From Squalus acanthias (lineage: Eukaryota): a stretch of 64,000 bases of DNA. The position numbers and the translations under genes are program-made. The first letter of the stretch is position 1. The number at the start of each line of letters is the position of its first letter. The stretch is from contig JASTWF010000348.1 of assembly GCA_030390025.1 (NCBI GenBank), positions 310,001 to 374,000 on the forward strand. Direction: 5' to 3'. Under the pieces are notes generated by a model that was not told the origin of the DNA, searched no databases, and saw only the letters and a list, made by a program, of their open reading frames with translations. Positions 58,092 to 64,000 of this stretch are shown here, in pieces.

Positions 58092-61000
58092 CACACTCCC
58101 AGGGCAGGTACAGCATGGTTATACAGAGAAAGCTCCTCTACACTGTCCCATCAAACACTCCCAGGGCAGGTACAGCACAGGTTAGATACAGAGTAAAGCT
58201 CCCTCTACACTGTCCCATCAAACTCCCAGGGCAGGTACAGCACGGGTTAGATACAGAGTAAAGCTCCCTCTACACTGTCCCATCAAACACTCCCAGGGCA
58301 GGTACAGCACGGGTTAGATACAGAGTAAAGCTCCCTCTACACTGTCCCATCAAACACTCCCAGGGCAGGTACAGCACGGGTTAGATACAGAGTAAAGCTC
58401 CCTCTACACTGTCCCATCAAACACTCCCAGGGCAGGTACAGCACGGGTTAGATACAGAGTAAAGCTCCCTCTACACTGTCCCATCAAACACTCCCAGGGC
58501 AGGTACAGCACGGGTTAGATACAGAGTAAAGCTCCCTCTACACTGTCCCATCAAACACTCCCAGGGCAGGTACAGCACGGGTTAGATACAGAGTAAAGCT
58601 CCCTCTACACTGTCCCATCAAACACTCCCAGGGCAGGTACAGCACGGGTTAGATACAGAGTAAAGCTCCCTCTACACTGTCCCATCAAACACTCCCAGGG
58701 CAGGTACAGCACGGGTTAGATACAGAGTAAAGCTCCCTCTACACTGTCCCATCAAACACTCCCAGGGCAGGTACAGCACGGGTTAGATACAGAGTAAAGC
58801 TCCCTCTACACTGTCCCATCAAACACTCCCAGGGCAGGTACAGCACGGTTAGATACAGAGTAAAGCTCCCTCTACACTGTCCCATCAAACACTCCCAGGG
58901 CAGGTACAGCACGGGTTAGATACAGAGTAAAGCTCCCTCTACACTGTCCCATCAAACACTCCCAGGGCAGGTACAGCACGGGTTAGATACAGAGTAAAGC
59001 TCCCTCTACACTGTCCCATCAAACACTCCCAGGGCAGGTACAGCACGGGTTAGATACAGAGTAAAGCTCCCTCTACACTGTCCCATCAAACACTCCCAGG
59101 GCAGGTACAGCACGGGTTAGATACAGAGTAAAGCTCCCTCTACACTGTCCCATCAAACACTCCCAGGGCAGGTACAGCACGGGTTAGATACAGAGTAAAG
59201 CTCCCTCTACACTGTCCCATCAAACACTCCCAGGGCAGGTACAGCACGGGTTAGATACAGAGTAAAGCTCCCTCTACACTGTCCCATCAAACACTCCCAG
59301 GGCAGGTACAGCACGGGTTAGATACAGAGTAAAGCTCCCTCTACACTGTCCCATCAAACACTCCCAGGGCAGGTACAGCACGGGTTAGATACAGAGTAAA
59401 GCTCCCTCTACACTGTCCCATCAAACACTCCCAGGGCAGGTGCAGCATGGGTTAGATACAGAGTAAAGCTCCCTCTACACTGTCCCATCAAACACTCCCA
59501 GGGCAGGTACAGCACGGGTTAGATACAGAGTAAAGCTCCCTCTACACTGTCCCATCAAACAGCCCCAGGGCAGGCACAGCACATGTTAGATACAGAGTAA
59601 AGTTCCCTCTACACTTTCCCATCAAAAACTACCAGGGCAGGTACAGCAGGGCTTTGATACAGAGTAAATCTCCCTCTACACTGTCCCATCAAACACTCCC
59701 AGGGCAGGTACAGCACGGGTTAGATACAGAGTAAAGCTCCCTCTACACTGTCCCATCAAACACTCCCAGGGCAGGTACAGCACGGGTTAGATACAGTGTA
59801 AAGCTCCCTCTACACTGTCCCATCAAACACTCCCAGGGCAGGTACAGCACAGGTTAGATACAGAGTAAAGCTCCCACTACACTGTCCCATCAAACACTCC
59901 AGGGCAGGTACAGCACGGGTTAGAAACAGAGTAAAGCTCCCTCTAAACTGTCCCATCAAACACTCCCAGGGCAGGTACAGCACGGGTTAGATACAGAGTA
60001 AAGCTCCCTCAACACTGCCCCATCAAACACCCACAGGGCAGGTACAGCACGGGTTAGATACAGAATAAAGCTCCCTCTACACTGTCCCGTCAAACACTCC
60101 AAGGGCAGGTACAGCACGGGTTAGATAGAGAGTAAATCTGTCTCTACACTGTCCCATCAAACCCTCCCAGGGCAGGTGCAGCACGGGTTAGATACAGAGT
60201 AAAGCTCCCTCCACACTGTCCAATCAAACACTCCCAGGGCAGGCACAGCACATGTTAAATACAGAGTAAAGTTCCCTCTACACTGTCCCATCAAACACTC
60301 CCAGGGCAGTTGCAGCACGGGTTAGATACAGAGTAAAGCTCCCTCTGCAATGTCCCATCAACACTCCCAGGGCAGGTACAGCACGGGTTAGATACAGAGT
60401 GAAGCTCCCTCTACACTGTCCCATCAAACACTCCCAGGGCAGGCACAGCACATGTTAAATACAGAGTAAAGCTCCCTCTACACTGCCCCATCAAACACTC
60501 CCAGGGCAGGTACAGCACGGGTTAGATACAGAGTAAAGCTTCCTCTACACTGTCCCATCAAACACTCCCAGGGCAGGTACAGCACAGGTTAGATACAGAG
60601 TAAAGCTCCCTCTACACTGTCCCATCAAACACTCCCAGGGCAGGTACAGCACAGGTTAGATACAGAGTAAAGCTCCGTCTACACTGTCCCATCAAACACT
60701 CCCAGGTCAGGTACAGCACGGGTTAGATACAGAGTAAAGCTCCCTCTACACTGTCCCATCAAACACTCCCAGGTCAGGTGCAGCAGGGGTTAAATACAGA
60801 GTAAAGCTCCCTCTACAGTGTCCCGTCAAACGCTCGCATGGCAGGTACAGCACTGGTTCGATACAGAGTAAAGCTCCCTCTACACTGCCCCATCAAACAC
60901 TCCCAGGGCCGGTACAGCACGGGTTAGATACAGAGTAAAGCTCCCTCTACACTGCCCCATCAAACACTCCCAGGGCCGGTACAGCACGGGTTAGATACAG

Positions 61001-64000
61001 TGTAAATCTCCCTCTACACTGTCCCATCAAACACTCCCAGGGCAGGTTCAGCACGGGTTAGATACAGAGTAAAGCTCCCTCTACACTGTCCCATCAAACA
61101 CTCCCAGGGCAGGTACAGCACGGGTTAGATACAGAGTAAAGCTCCCTCTATTCTGTCCCATCAAACACTCCCAGGGCAGGTACAGCACGGGTTAGATACA
61201 GAGTAAAGCTCCCTCTACACTGTCCTATCAAACACTCCCAGGGGCAGGTACAGCACGGGTTAGATAAAGAGTAAAGCTCCCTCTACACTGTCCTATCAAA
61301 CACTCCCAGGGGCAGGTACAGCATGGGTTTGATACAGAGTAAAGCTCCCTCTACACTGTCCCATCAAACACTCCCAGGGCAGGTGCAGCAGGGGTTAGAT
61401 ACAGAGTAAAGTTCCCTCTACACTGTCCCATCAAACACTCCCAGGGCAGTTGCAGCACGGGTTAGATACAGAGTAAAGCTCCCTCTGCAATGTCCCATCA
61501 ACACTCCCAGGGCAGGTACAGCACGGGTTAGATACAGAGTAAAGCTCCCTCTACACTGCCCCATCAAACACTCCCAGGGCAGGTACAGCATGGGTTAGAT
61601 ACAGAGTAAAGTTCCCTCTACACTGTCCCATCAAACACTCCCAGGGCAGTTGCAGCACGGGTTAGATACAGAGCAAAGCTCCCTCTACACTGTCCCGTCA
61701 AACACTCCCAGGGCAGGTACAGCACAGGTTAGATACAGAGTAAAGCTCCCTCTACACTGTCGCATCAAATGCTCGCAGAGCAGGTACAGCACAGGTTAGA
61801 TGCAGAGTAAAGCTCCCTCTACACTGGCCCATCAAACACTCCCAGGGCAGGTGCAGCACAGGTTAGATACAGAGTAAAGCTCCCTCTACACTGTCCCATG
61901 AAACACTCCCAGGGCAGGTACAGCACGGGTTAGATACAGAGTAAAGCTCCCTCTACACTGTCCCATCAAACACTCCCAGGGCAGGTACAGCACGGGTTAG
62001 ATACAGAGTAAAGCTCCCTCTACACTGTCCCATCAAACACTCCCAGGGCAGGTACAGCACGGGTTAGATACAGAGTAAAGCTCCCTCTACACTGTCCCAT
62101 CAAACACTCCCAGGGCAGGTACAGCACAGGTTGGATACAGAGTAAAGCTCCCTCTACACTGTCCCATCAAACACTCCCAGGGCAGGTACAGCACGGGTTA
62201 GGTACAGAGTAAAGCTCCCTCTACACTGTCCCATCAAACACTCCCAGGGCAGGTACAGCACAGGTTAGATACAGAGCAAAGCTCCCTCTACACTGTCCCA
62301 TCAAACACTCCCAGGGCAGGTACAGCACGGGTTAGATACAGAATAAAGCTCCCTCTACACTGTCCCACCAAACACTCCCAGGGCAGGTACAGCACAGGTT
62401 GGATACAGAGTAAGGCTCCCTCTACACTGTCCCATCAAACACTCCCAGGGCAGGTACAGCACAGGTTGGATACAGAGTAAGGCTCCCTCTACACTGTCCC
62501 ATCAAACACTCCCAGGGCAGGTACAGCACGGGTTAGATACAGAGTAAAGCTCCCTCTACACTGTCCCATCAAACACTCCCAGGGCAGGTACAGCACAGGT
62601 TGAATACAGAGTAAAGCTCCCTCTACACTGTCCCATCAACACTCCCAGGGCAGTTCATGCACAGGTTAGATACAGAGTAAAGCTCCCTCTCCACTGTTGC
62701 ATCAAACACTCCCAGGCCATGTACAGCACGGGTTAGATACAGAGTAAATCTCCCTCTACACTGCCCCATCAAACACTCCCAGGGCAGGTACAGCACGGGT
62801 TAGTTGCAGAGTAAAGCTCCCTCTACACTGTCCAATCAAACACTCCCAGGGCAGGTACAGCACGGGTTAGATACAGAGTAAAGCTCCCTCTACACTGCCC
62901 CATCAAACACTCCCAGGGCAGGTACAGTTCGGGTTAGATGCAGAGTAAAGCTCCCTCTACACTGTCCAATCAAACACTCCCAGGGCAGGTACAGCACAGG
63001 TTAGATACAGAGTAAAGCTCCCTCTACACTGTCCCATCAAACACTCCCAGGGCAGGTACAGCAGGGGTTAGATACAGAGTAAAGCTCCCTCTACACTGTC
63101 CAATCAAACACTCCCAGGGCAGGTACAGCAGGGGTTAGATACAGAGTAAAGCTCCCTCTACACTGTCCCATCAACACTCCCAGGGCAGTTCATGCACAGG
63201 TTAGATACAGAGTAAACTCCCTCTCCACTGTTGCATCAAACACTCCCAGGCCATGTACAGCACGAGTTAGATACAGAGTAAAGCTCCCTCTACACTGTCA
63301 CGTCAAACACTGCCAGGGCAGGTACAGCACGGGCTAGATGCAGAGTAAATCTCCCTCGACACTGCTCCATCAAACACTCCCAGGCCAGGTACAGCACGGG
63401 TTAGATACAGAGTAAAGCTCCCTCTACACTGTCCAATCAAACAAACCCAGGGCAGGTACAGCACAGGTTAGATCCAGAGTAAACCTCCCTCTACACTGTC
63501 CCATCAAACACTCCCAGGGCAGGTACAGCAGGTGTCAGATTCAGAGTAACCTCCCTCTACACTGTCCCATCAAACACTCCCAGGGCAGGTACAGCACGGG
63601 TTAGATACAGAGTAAACCTCCCTCTACACTGTCCCATTAAACACTCCCAGGGCAGGTACAGCAGGTGTCAGATTCAGAGTAACCTCCCTCTACACTGTCC
63701 CATCAAACACTCCCAGGGCAGGTACAGCACGGGTTAGATACAGAGTAAAGCTCCCTCTACACTGTCCAATCAAACAAACCCAGGGCAGGTACAGCACAGG
63801 TTAGATCCAGAGTAAACCTCCCTCTACACTGTCCCATTAAACACTCCCAGGGCAGGTACAGCAGGTGTCAGATTCAGAGTAACCTCCCTCTACACTGTCC
63901 CATCAAACACTCCCAGGGCAGGTACAGCACGGGTTAGATACAGAGTAAAGCTCCCTCTACACTGTCCAATCAAACACTCCCAGGGCAGGTACAGCACGGG
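58092..64000 (-). repeat. 67-bp satellite array, running off the window
   Basis: Reverse complement of the 41412-42898 unit; roughly 88 units. Confidence 0.98.

Noticed and set aside
57503..58261. ORFs spanning the N run
   Set aside because: Artefacts of the assembly gap.

Overview
Eukaryotic, repeat-dense genomic DNA; the repeat families point to a cartilaginous fish (inference). The only host gene I can support is the 3' half of a membrane adenylyl cyclase on the + strand, best matching ADCY4. It has ten GT-AG exons from 494 to the stop at 41032 and covers the second transmembrane cassette and the C2 catalytic domain. The first two visible exons carry a +1 and a -1 indel relative to the homologous frame. 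These cancel out, so the spliced ORF stays open but one transmembrane helix is replaced by about 43 hydrophilic residues; this is either real or an assembly error. The rest is mobile or tandem DNA: many CR1 fragments, L2-type, RTE and Tx1 LINE fragments, Deu-domain and V-domain SINEs, a fragmented two-gene PIF/Harbinger fossil, several Harbinger-type MITE families with 3-bp TSDs, several minisatellites and a 200-N gap. Three fold-back Penelope-type insertions have 12-13 bp TSDs. Two of them carry minimal hammerhead ribozyme cores, one in sense orientation in the probable ADCY4 3' UTR. Family assignments rest on recalled motifs; no database search was run, and repeat boundaries are approximate.
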